A stretch of 64,000 nucleotides of DNA from positions 214,481 through 278,480 of the forward strand of contig JAAOMT010000414.1 of assembly GCA_016748015.1 (NCBI GenBank). Reading direction: 5' to 3'. The translations under genes were made by a program, and so were the position numbers. The notes under the pieces are model-generated. The model worked only from the letters and a program-made list of their open reading frames with translations, was not told where the DNA came from and did not search any database. The stretch comes from Geosiphon pyriformis uo1 (taxonomy: Eukaryota; Fungi; Glomeromycota). The stretch's first letter is position 1. Every line of letters begins with the position of its first letter. Below, one piece after another: positions 41,258 through 52,962 of this stretch.

Positions 41258-41318
41258 TTTTTGTTATATTTTCGTGAGTATTGTTTTGGTTTTGTTATAT
41301 TTTTGAATTGAAATGTTC

Positions 41319-44300
41319 TTAGATTTGTCTTATTTGCGACAAACCATCAGCATTTCTGTTGTCTTTTCCCTTTTTATAATGTATGATATAAGTATATGGT
41401 GCAAGTGCCATTTTCTATCTTGACTGTCTTCCATTTCCAAATTTTTGTTTTTGGAGTGATGTTAATCCTTTGTGATCTATGTACACTTCAAACTTTAGGC
41501 TCAAGTATTTTTTCCATTTCATAACTGCCCAGTATATTGCTAAGTGTTCTTGTTCCAATGTTTTATAGTTCTTTTTGGCTGGTGTTAAGCCTCAGCTAGC
41601 AAATGCTACTGGATGTTCTCTTCCATCCGGTCCTCTCTGAGATAGTACTGCTCCCAATGCTTGACCTGATGCATCAGTAGTAATGATAAATAGTTTGTTG
41701 TAATCTGGATAGATCAATACTGGCACTTGAATGAGCTTTCCTCTTAAAATGTCAAAAGCTTTTTGTTGCGTTTCTGTCCATTCATATTTCATGTTCTTGG
41801 TTTGTAGATGGTTGAGTGGCTGAGCTATTTTAGAAAAGTTTTTGATGAAGTGACAATAATAGCTTACAAATCCCAAGAATGATTTTAGTTCAGTCACATT
41901 AGTTGGTACTGGAAAGTTCTTTACTATTTCTATCTTGTCTGGGTCTGTCTTGATACTATTTTTGCTGACTATATGTCCCAAAAACTTCAGTTCTGTTTTG
42001 CCAAAGAAGTACTTAGTAGCATTTAGCTTTAACTCTGCTCATCGCAGTCTTTTGAATACTTGTTGAAGATAATGGAGATGATCATCAAATGTTCTTGAGA
42101 ATACATTAGTGTTATCCAAGTACACAACTACTGATTTCCACAATAAGCCAGTGTACACAATTTCCATTAGCCATTGGAAGGTTGCTGAGACATTGGTTAA
42201 GCCGAATAGCATTACTTCAAATTCAAAATTCCCTTCTCTTATGGTGAATGCCATTTTCTCTTTGTTGGCTAGATCCATGGCTACTTGTCAGTAACTGCTA
42301 TCCAAGTCCAATGTTGAAAACCATTTGTTTCTACCAAAAGCATCGAATAACTCTTGGATCTGTGGAGTTGGATAACTGTTTCCATGAGTAACTTTATTGA
42401 GTTTTCTGTAGTCTACACAAAATCTGATCTTTCTATTCTTCTTTCAGATGAGTACCACTGGTGACAACCATGGGCTCATTGATGGCTAGATTAGCCTGTT
42501 GTTAAGCATTTGATTGATCTCTTAACGGATAATCTTATGGCTTGCTGGTGGTACTCTGTATGCTCTTTGTTTAATTGGCATTGCATTTCCAGTTTTGATC
42601 TGGTGTTGGATGATATCAGTTTTGCCAAATTTGTTTTCACTAGCAAAGATGTCATTAAAATTGTTGAATAACATCTTTAGTTGCATCTGTTGAAGTGGAT
42701 CTAGATTTCCTATGTTCATTTGCTCTAGCTGTTCTGGTTGTAACAAATAACATTTGTTCTGTCTATAGATTGTTTGTGACATAATATCTACATATTCACA
42801 CAATTGTGGAAAGTCTGGAATGGTACTTGGTAGTTGATCCTCAATTTCAGTGGTCAAATATCTAAGAGTGGTTTTTTTCGGTATCTCTACAATATTTCCT
42901 GTATTGTTGTAGATGGGAATTTTGATATGATTGTGGTTCTTGGCTAGTATGTATAGATTAATAAGTCCAACTTCTCCTGTTTCACAAAGGCTTGTTTCTG
43001 CTTCAAAAATTTGTGCCTGATCCTTTACCTTTCTTTCTATTGCTAACATGTACTGGTTATATGGTGGAATAGAAATTGCATGACCTGTTGAGATAATTTC
43101 TTCTTGGCCAATAATTTCTTCTTTTGCCATATTGACTGGTATGTCTATTTTACCCGTGGATCCGAATCTCTGTATTCCTTTTGCGGTTATCTCTAATTCT
43201 TCCCTATTTCCCACTGAAACTAACTGAGCTATTTTAACCAGAGGCAGAAATATTGTCTGTGCTATTTTCTCATTTGGCTCTATAATATAGGCCTTTTCAG
43301 AGTCATTTTGTAGCATGGTGATGATATTTCTTATATATCCCATGTCAATTATTCCTCCTCTTATATTTATTCCTCTTTTTGCTAGACTACTCTTAGATGC
43401 TAATTGAATTATTGTTGTTGCTGGAATTTTCAGTGCTATTTTCAAATCAATGCAGATGCGTGAATGTGGTTCTAATTAGATGGCCTTTTTTTCTGAATAC
43501 CTCAGATCAAACCCAGCATCAGTAATATGTGTGCATTCTGACATAATACCTTTATTATTATCGCTGAACCATTTAAGTTCCTGTTCCTTGGTAAGGTCAG
43601 GAAGTGCAATATATTGTTCATAGTTTGGATTGGTGTTTAAATCTGAGTTGGAATCATTGTCATTGTTTTCGCCATATTGGATGAAGCTAGAACCAGTGTT
43701 TTTGTTATCATTGTTGTCAGAGTTTGAATTGGGATTAAAAATCAATTCTGATTCTGATGCACAGCTGCTAATTGGTTTCTTTTCCTCTGGGATTGTGTAG
43801 ATCATGTGTGATGGTGGATTATAAATGAGGTCACACTCATTACAATATTGGAAGTCATATAGAATCAAACAGTAGTTACATAGTTGAATGTTTATTTCTT
43901 CCAAGCATTGTTTCTGCTTTTCTATTGTGGGCACTAATTGCTGGTAATGTTCGTGAAATTCTTCTGAGTCATTTTCAATGTTGCCAAAGACATCAGAAGT
44001 TTAGACATATTCAGATTCAGGAAGAGATAAAAGATTGTTTTTTATTTCCAGTAATTCACTGGTTGTCATGCCTTCTGCTTTTGCATATGTTATTCTCCAA
44101 AGTTTATGTTTGTCATGGGGATATCTTTCCAATTGTCATAGTGCTCTTTTCTATGCGTCATCGATTAGTGTTCTCTTGTATACCCAGTTATTTATCAAGA
44201 TGGTGTACTGATATGTCTCATCATATGTTTCTTTCCATCCAGGAATGTCATTCCACATTCCTTCATCAGGCAAGATAGTTCTACATGCAAGACATGGTTG

Positions 44301-44410
44301 ATTGTCCCACTTTTCTTGTTGTTTCGGTCATCCAAAGTGCTCTATGATGCATGCGTGACAGTAAAATCTGGTGGCCATTGAATATTTCTCATTGTTGCCA
44401 TAGCATGCGC
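41319..44410 (-). pseudogene. A4 polyprotein 3' part: Cys-rich block, dUTPase (~43153-43577), dUTPase-like, RT, RNaseH
   Basis: AGFDL, GGIIDMGY, KIAQ, FGSTG; YLDN; TDASG; NADGLS followed by TAA at 41321-41319. Confidence 0.95.
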
Positions 44411-45388
44411 TGTTACCAGACAAAATTAGAGATATTATTTAGCATAAAATTATCTTATAATTTCTATCATTAATTAGCATATATTATCATTTCAAATTAT
44501 TACTTATTACATTACAAAAATGTCCGAAATTATCATTTAATTAATAACCCAAATTGTACACAACACAAATGTAACCTAATTGCAATGATCAATCATGCAA
44601 TACCCCGAACTATGTAACATTCAAAAGTTTGCCAAAATTTATAGAAATTTGCCGAAATAATTGATAGTTCACCAAAATATCTAATAGTTTGCAGAAATAA
44701 CTTGTAGTTCACCGAAATGTATCTTTAGTTCAGTGAAATTGTAGAAAATAACAAAGTTCAAGTTCATATAATAGTGTTATGACAAGTTGTATAAAAGAAG
44801 AGCTTCTCTCTTCGAGAAAATGTATCTTATTTTAGATTTAACAATTAGAATCATCCTTTATACACAAAACAAAATAAATATCAAATAATTTGAAAAATTA
44901 AATCCTGAATTATTTCACTTTTGAAATTAACTAATTCTTATGAAACAGTTTGAAATTGATTAGCTACCAATTTCAGTAAACTGTTAATAACTCCAGGCCT
45001 GAATAGAAAACGTTTCCCTTGACAGAATTCTATTTCTTTTACATTTATTTTATTTCTTTTCTTTTCTTATTACAATCATTAGGGTAGCTTACAGATGAAA
45101 TTCCTGTAGAAGAGTTGACTTTCACAGCAAAGTAACTACACATTTTTAGTGAGCTTCCAGACGAGCAATTCCTGGGAAAGAGTTGACATTTACTACAACA
45201 TAACTACATAAAGTAACTGGCAAGAAATTGGCCATTCCATTTATAAGCCCAGCAGTTCAAATTATAGGAGATAATTTGAAGATAAATTCAGTTACTGGAG
45301 GTTCAACTACTTCCTGAAAACGTGAATTTACAGCAAATCAACAACAACAACATTCAAGAAAAGAGACCCAAAAACCTCCGGTAACATT

Positions 45389-45406
45389 TGGTGCTCTCCC
45401 ACAGAA
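45389..45406 (+). promoter_or_regulatory. Primer-binding site of B2
   Basis: TGGTGCTCTCCCACAGAA starts 2 nt after the 5' LTR and is complementary to a tRNA ending ...GGGAGAGCACCA. Confidence 0.85.
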
Positions 45407-45431
45407 ACAACACAGCAAAAACAACTTCAAA

Positions 45432-48400
45432 GTGGCAATCACACCAAACACAACAACTCTAGAGTATTACCAATCAATTTACACCCACTGCAAGCAAAGA
45501 TTCAACATTCCAGACGGAATTGAAGTTGTCAAGAAATCAGTATACCAATACATTGAAAACTGCATCAACAATTATCTTTTTGGAAATTACAATATCTCAG
45601 AAGTTAGAAGCAACCTTTACAATAATTTAGCATACTATTCACAGTTGGGAACTGAAGACCTTAATAGTAAAACACTTGCCATTTACTTTTACGAACTTAA
45701 TTTTAACATTATCAAATACTGTGAAGAAACATATCCAGTGCAGTCTCAATACACTATTGATTTTGAATCAGAAACAGAAACAAGCAACAAAGGCAAAAAC
45801 AAATTAAAGCAATATTCAAGAACCACCCCAAATACTCCAACACTACCGAAAACAACTGCCAAACATTTACAAACACTTGAACAAGGAACCAGTTCAAAAC
45901 TTCCACTTACTATTACACCTTTTTCAGCTTCACTTGCACAAGCACAAACACCTAATTCACTTTTGAATCAATTTGCAAGACCAGAAGATTTTACATCACT
46001 CAGAAGTCCCACCAGACAACAAAAACCCCTTCAAACTAGTTCCAATCTCCTTGATTTTCTAGCTGAAAATCAAAGTGAACACTCTAAGACAGTAGCAAAC
46101 GAAGAAAACAACTCTGAAATAACTGAAGAAAAATCAATAAACAGTGAAAACAAAGAAGACAAAATGACAACATACATCGCAAAAATTCTTGAATTTAATG
46201 GAGAAGACATTGAGACCAGTCCCCAAGAATGGCTCGACCAAGTTACTAAAGCTGGAGATGCAAATGGATGGAATGCTGCCAAAATATTAAGAACAATTCT
46301 CTACTTTCTCAAAGAAACAGCAGGAGAATGGTTTGAAAACCTTGCCACCCCATTCAATGATTGGAACACTTTCAAAGCAGCCTTTCTTGAACAGTTTACC
46401 GACAATAACACCTCCATTACTCTTTGCAATCATTTTCAAAATATCAAACAAGAACCCTCCAAATCCGTTATGACTTATATTGGGAAATTTAACAAACTTC
46501 TCAAACAAATTTGCCAACTCGAGACAAATGATTATTATTCCAATGCTCAAATCTTGGATCAATTTATTGCTGGTCTAAAAGATAAACTAATTAAAAAGGT
46601 TCACCCACATGTGCCAGAAGATTTAAACTCTGCCATACAGCATGTAAAAAGATACAAAATGGCCATGGAAGAGACCAATCGCACAAAACTTGTAAATTTG
46701 GCAATTGGAGAAACCAGCTTAGCAGCTGAGGAAAAAATTAACCAACTCACAAAGAAGGTTGAAAACTATTTCACCAATCAACAACAGCAACCCCAAAAAT
46801 ATCAACCACCCCAGAGACAAAATCAAAATAACTTTGCACCACTTTCCAATAACCAGCCTCAAAATTGCCATTATTGTAGAATCTCTGGCCACTGGAAAAA
46901 AGATTGCAGAAAGCTATAACGAGACCAACAAAATAGGAGTAATCAACATTACCCTCCATCACAGCAATCTTATTATCAACTATCACCACCAGCTTACTAT
47001 CCACCAAGACCACAATACCAAAATAACTATTATCAGCCCACTCCACAGCCAATCCAACAGCAATGCCAACAACTGCTCACACAACATTATCAAGTACTTG
47101 CTCAAAGACTGCTTACACAGAATCAATTCACACACAAAACTGATACCAAGTAAACAACAATAGAATCAGTTCAAACAACCAATTGGTTCCCTGAAATATC
47201 ACTCAACCAAGACCCAACCACTACCACACTCAACCCAGTTATTTAACAATGCCGGAAGAACAGGATTTTTACTATACTGCACTCTCAGAAGGTAGAGCTG
47301 CAGCACAACAACAACAAAACCCTTCTTATACTCCCACCACAATTCCACCAGCCAGAATCGCTGAAAACACTAACCTTTCAGATATATTTCCTTTTGAGTT
47401 CAAAGCAAATGAGTCACCATTTCTGCTTAGCAATGCAGCCGCCAATGAACAAAAAGCAATCACGGCCATGTACACTGAAGCCGAAGTCGAAGGAAAGACA
47501 ATTCGCTTGATCCTAGACAGTGGATCCGCCGAAAGCATTATCACCTACCAGTTAATGCAACAGTTGAAAAGAAATGTTGACTGACCAGCTTAAACAGTAA
47601 TCGTCACTGCCAATGGCATGAAAAAGACCCCAGTAGGAGAAATTGACAATTTTCCGTTCACTCTTGATAGAATCACCATTCCAGTCAAAGTTCTTGTAAT
47701 GGATGCACCCCAGTACCAAGCTCTCGTCGGAAATGATTGGCTTCAAAAAGCCAATACTAATCTGAATTGGAAAACACAAGAGTTAACAATCTCCTACCAA
47801 GGACAACACGCCCGGGTACCTGCCACTTGTAATACATTTAACAAATGCTCTGAAAAAGCCCCAGCTTTTGAATTCGAACTGGAAGAAGAAAAACCCCTCA
47901 TTGAAACATTCATGGCTCTTGGATTAACGTCCAACTGGGCTGATGAAACAGAACAAGAACATTTTACCCCACACTTTGAATCCGAAACCTCTGGATAGAA
48001 TATTCCCTATTCAAAACCTGAACTAAGGAAACAATGCCCCTATATTCCCCTTAAATGTAAGGACTGCCACAAGAAACTATCGTCAATGGGAGTCTGCATT
48101 TCACCTGAAGAAGAATATGAGAATCATACTTGTTATTACTACAAGGCTTGCCACAGAGAACGATGGGGCCATCTAATAAAAAGGAGTGAAAAATAGGACA
48201 ACACCCCTTGTTTGACTTGTGGAGATATGCTACTGGAAAAATACAATTGGATTGATGTAGCCATGAGAGGAGGAGTCTGTGATCAGATCTGCCAATATGC
48301 TTTATCAATTTCAGAAAAAGTAAAAAGAGGAACACCCTTTAATGCAGCATACAACAGTGCTCTCAACAAACTTTATCACTACTCCCATGATGCTGAGATG

Positions 48401-51048
48401 ATTTTTGACTTAGTAATGGCATTAATTAACGGAGCTACCAAAGAAAATGTTCACTAAATGAAGGAAGCAGAATACATTGAATACACCATGGAATTAGCTG
48501 GATTCAATTACAAAGATGAAGTAAAAGTCTACCACCAAATCGCAAGTTACATCTACCCAACCCAAGAAGCTCAAATTCAACGATTAGAACAAATGAACAT
48601 TAGGCTATGTGAAGAATGCATTATGCCTTGTGATGAACAGTGGTGTCCAGAATGCTACACTCTTAGTATCCTCTTGTCCAGCAAAAATGATGAGAACAAA
48701 ATTGAATTTGGAAAACCTGAAGCAACAGAAGAAATTGAAACAACACTTATCTACCTTATCGAAAATCAGCCTGCCTTACAACTTAAATACTTCAACAACA
48801 ACGGACAAGGAATAAAACCTAAAAAAGCACACAAAATTGATGCTGAATATGACCTAAGATATCCAGGCAAGGATACTCTTGTTCTCAAACCCAAATTTCT
48901 CACAAAAATCAATCTCAAAATTGCACTCAAAATCCCGCCAGGAGCAATGGTTCAAATTACCTCCCAGTCCTCTTTGGCAAGCAAAAAAATCAATGTCAGA
49001 GAAGGAATAATCAATGCTAAATATACTGGAGACATTACAGTGATGCTTCAAAATAAAACTGACAAACCATTTAAGATTGAACATGCTGAAAAAATTGCCC
49101 AAGCTATTTACCTACTCTTAATCAACATTTCAGGTTTACAACTAGTCAATCAAAGAGAACAATTAGGAAAAAGCGATAGAGAAACCCAAGATTTTGGTTC
49201 AACTGGATGATTCACAGTTCCAGTTAACATAGCTCTTAACACACGGAATAAATCCCACCAGATTCTCAGACTTCCACAACTAATTACCATCTCACCCTTT
49301 GGAGAACATCCAGAAATCTACACCTGCTCAAAGCCAACAACCACACAACAAATTTTTGAGTCCAATGAACAAGTCTGCTTAGAACATAATATTTCGATCC
49401 CAAACATTTATATTCCAGAAGGAACAAAGAAAGTCTGAGTTACTTTTTACAACTCCAATAATTACCCCATAATTTTATTAAATAATTTAGAAATTGGAGT
49501 TATTTACAGTAATATATTTCAACAAGAATTACCCCAAACAGTCCCTGATTTCTCTGAAATTATTGGACATTCAATACCAAAAATCAACCCAAATCCCAGC
49601 TCCGAAAACTACTATGTTGTCATGAAAAAACTATCTCGAATCAACATGGGACAACTTGAACCACAACAACAGACCCAGCTCAAAGAGCTAATTGCAGAAT
49701 TTGCCGATATCTTTGCTGAAAACAACAATGACTTAGGAAGAACCAATTTGGTCTAACACCAAATTTATACAGAAGATGCCAAACCAAAAAAACAACAAGC
49801 ATATCGAGTTGCTCCAGAAAGCCACCAATTCATCCGAGAAAAAGTACAACAGATGCTTAACAATGGGCTCATTCAATCCTCCATGAGTTCTTGGGCTTTA
49901 CTTGTAGTGCTAGTTAAAAAAAAAATGAGAAGATCTGATTTTGTGTTGACTATTGACAACTCAACAGTGTTACAATTGGAGACGCCTACCCCCTTTCTCA
50001 AATTAATGACATGCTGGATGCCCTTAGAAAATCCAAATACTTTTCAACACTAGATTTAGAAAGTGGTTACTGACAAGTTGCTATGGATCCCAAAGATCAC
50101 CCCAAAACAGCATTCACCACCCAAAGCGGAAATTACAAGTTTAATATAATGCCTTTCAGATTATGCAATGTACCAGCAACGTTTCAGAAATTAATAGATG
50201 TTGTGTACCAAGGACTTCTTTGGAAATCAGTAGTCATTTATCTTAACGATACTGATGTTTATTCTCCATTGTTCGAATTACACTTAAAACACCTGCGAGA
50301 AGTTTTTCAATGATTACGAAAAGCAGAACTAAAACTCAATATCAAAAAATGCTACTTTGAAAAAACAAGCCTGGCCTTCCTTGGTCATATCGTTAGTAAA
50401 GATGGAATTAAACCAGATCCTGGAAAAATCAGCATTGTCAAAAACTTCAAAACTCCTCGAAACACTACAGAACTAAGAGGATTCATAGGATTAGCATTCT
50501 ACTATCAGAAGTTTATCAAAGGATTTTCGGAAATTGCAAAACTTTTCAACCAGCTTACCACCAAAAACATTGAATACAAATAGACTACCGAACACCAAAA
50601 AGCTTTTGAAATTCTCAAGGAAAAACTGACAACAGCTCCAATTCTCATCTACCCGGATTTCAGCAACCAATTTCAACTAGCTACAGATGCTTTATATACT
50701 GCCTTTGGTGCTATCTTATCACAACTAGACGACAATAGAAATGAGCGAGTAATTGCTTATGCTAGCAGAACATTAAAACTAGCTGAGAAAAACTACCCTG
50801 CCACAGAACTAGAAACAGCAGCCATAATTTGGGCCTTACACCATTTCAACCTTTATCTCAGGCCTAAAAAATTTGATATTATCACTGATAATATTGGACT
50901 CAAATGGCTTCAAAACAAAAATACTTAGCTGAATGCAAAACAAACCTGATAAACAAGATTTCTAGCAAACTATCAATACATAGTACATCACAAACCAGGA
51001 AAACTCCACACCAATGTTGACTGTCTCTCCAGAATGAGACAAGATTAG
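45432..51048 (+). pseudogene. B2 ORF1: Gag (capsid, CCHC)-protease-Cys-rich block-dUTPase (~48781-49207)-dUTPase-like-RT-RNaseH
   Basis: 495-aa Gag ORF ending CHYCRISGHWKKDC; LDSG; AEYDL...FGSTG; YLND; ATDA; NVDCLSRMRQD followed by TAG. A few point stops and two 1-bp indels. Confidence 0.95.
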
Positions 51049-51097
51049 AAAACAAAAACCAACACTCAACTTAACCAACCAAAAGAGCCAACAAACA

Positions 51098-52483
51098 ATG
51101 AATTCAGAAAACTACAACAATCTCAAACAATATTTGGAAACATTAACAATCCCAACAGATTGGTTTCCAGATGAAAAACATCGACTACAACAACAAGCCA
51201 AACAATATTTTCTATACAACAACATTATTTATCATCGAAATTTCAAAAACCCAGACAAACCACTCAGATTAATACAAGAACAGGAAAAAGATACCATATT
51301 ATACAACATGCACTCAGATCCTTCATCAGCACACTTCGGAAAAGATAGCACCACTTAAAGAACACTAGAATACTACTTTTGGCTTCGAATGAGGAAAGAC
51401 ATTCATGAATATGTCAAATCTTGTGATAATTGTCAAAGAAAAGGAGGAACACACCCTACTGAACCATTAAATCCAATCAAAGTTGGACAACCCTTTGACC
51501 GAGTTGGTATCAATTTAGTCAGACCATTATCTATTACCACTCAAGGAAACCATTATATTGCAGTAGCTGTAGACTATCTTACTAAATGGCCCGAAGCCAG
51601 AGCCATTCAACGAGCAGATGCAAAATCAGTAGCAAATTTTATCTATGAAGACATTATTTGTAGACACGGATGTCTAATTGAACTTTTATCTGATCAGGAA
51701 ACACATTTTGTGAACAACCTAATACAAAAAATTTGCGAACGATTCAATATCAAAAGATCTCTGTCTTCACCCTACCATCCACAAACAAACGGACTTGTAG
51801 AACATTTTAACAGAATATTTTGTGAGTCATTAGCCAAAGTCTCAACTAATTTTGAGCAAGAATGGGATATCTTTATTCCATCAGTGTTACTAGCATATAG
51901 AACACTAAAACAAAATACCACAAAACACACACCATTTGATTTAACTTACGGAAGGACAGCAATACTACCAATTAAGTTCACAATGGAAACATATCCAGCA
52001 CAACCAATCAATAAAAACAATTTTCAGGAAACACTTCAACGAAGAGCTTACACTCTGCTTAGCACATTGGAAGGAAAACGACGAATAGCAGCCACTTATA
52101 TTGAAAACTCCCAAGCTCAACAAAAAGAATGGCATGATGACAAATTGTCTCCAGTCACCAATAAATTTAAAATTGGAAACAAAGTTCTCTTACACAGAAC
52201 TAAAGCTAAAAAACAATGGAGTGGGAAATTTGAAAATAAATAAGATGGACTATTTTTTATCCATAAAGTTTTAGGCAACGGATCATACAAGCTAAGACTT
52301 GATGACAAAATTCTAGCAAAAGTTGCACATAAAGATCATTTGAAACACTATAATTCCAGAAACAATCCTGAACCATTAATTCCACAAATTGGTACACATT
52401 CCCCTTTAATCAATCCCGAAGACATTTCCCAAAATTTAGAACCAGTAGTTGTTATTAAACAGCCTCCCAACTTGAACACTTAA
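51098..52483 (+). pseudogene. B2 ORF2: integrase
   Basis: ATG at 51098 in a different frame from RNaseH. H..H..CDNC, SDQETHF, TNGLVE, GPY/F module. No chromodomain seen. Confidence 0.95.
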
Positions 52484-52605
52484 TTTAAATTTATTATTAT
52501 AGTTATCTTCTTATAATTTAGAAACAATCTCACAAAAACAAAACAAAAATAACATAAAAACCCATGCACCAAAAAATAATTTTCTTTTATTTCAAATTGC
52601 TTATA

Positions 52606-52954
52606 ATGACTATTCCTTAAAACATTCAACAATTATCTCAAAAACTAATGTTAGCTTTAAAAACAATATCTGAATTATCCATTACTGTTACTGGAAACCA
52701 TATTAATTATACCCAAACAGAAGTAGTTACAAATTTAGCCCCAAATTCACGAAAATATCACCTGTATNNNNNNNNNNNNNNNNNNNNNNNNNNNNNNNNN
52801 NNNNNNNNNNNNNNNNNNNNNNNNNNNNNNNNNNNNNNNNNNNNNNNNNNNNNNNNNNNNNNNNNNNNNNNNNNNNNNNNNNNNNNNNNNNNNNTTTGGA
52901 TTATTATCTGGAAATAACAAACAGTACTTGGACTTCGACGGAGCTCAGTCTTGA
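52606..52954 (+). pseudogene. B2 ORF3 (middle lost in assembly gap)
   Basis: MTIP*NIQQLSQKL..LSITVTGNHINY aligns with the family A ORF3 N-terminus. Ends ..DFDGAQS*. Confidence 0.7.
52768..52894. other. Assembly gap (127 N)
   Basis: Run of N. Confidence 1.
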
Positions 52955-52962
52955 GGAGAAGG
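52953..52962 (+). promoter_or_regulatory. Polypurine tract of B2
   Basis: GAGGAGAAGG ends 3 nt before the 3' LTR. Confidence 0.85.

Noticed and set aside
47125-47275. Programmed gag/pol frameshift in B2
   Set aside because: The frame change is explained by a 1-bp deletion relative to B1 (~47131), and A3 keeps Gag to RNaseH in one frame.
35113-47779. Many antisense ORFs (e.g. 35120-35494, 36148-36579, 36764-37024, 47326-47544)
   Set aside because: They are shadows of the retroelement coding strand, with no independent motifs.
52330-52483. Chromodomain at the integrase C-terminus
   Set aside because: The tail after the GPY/F module is Pro/Ile-rich and lacks the YLVKW-type chromodomain motif.
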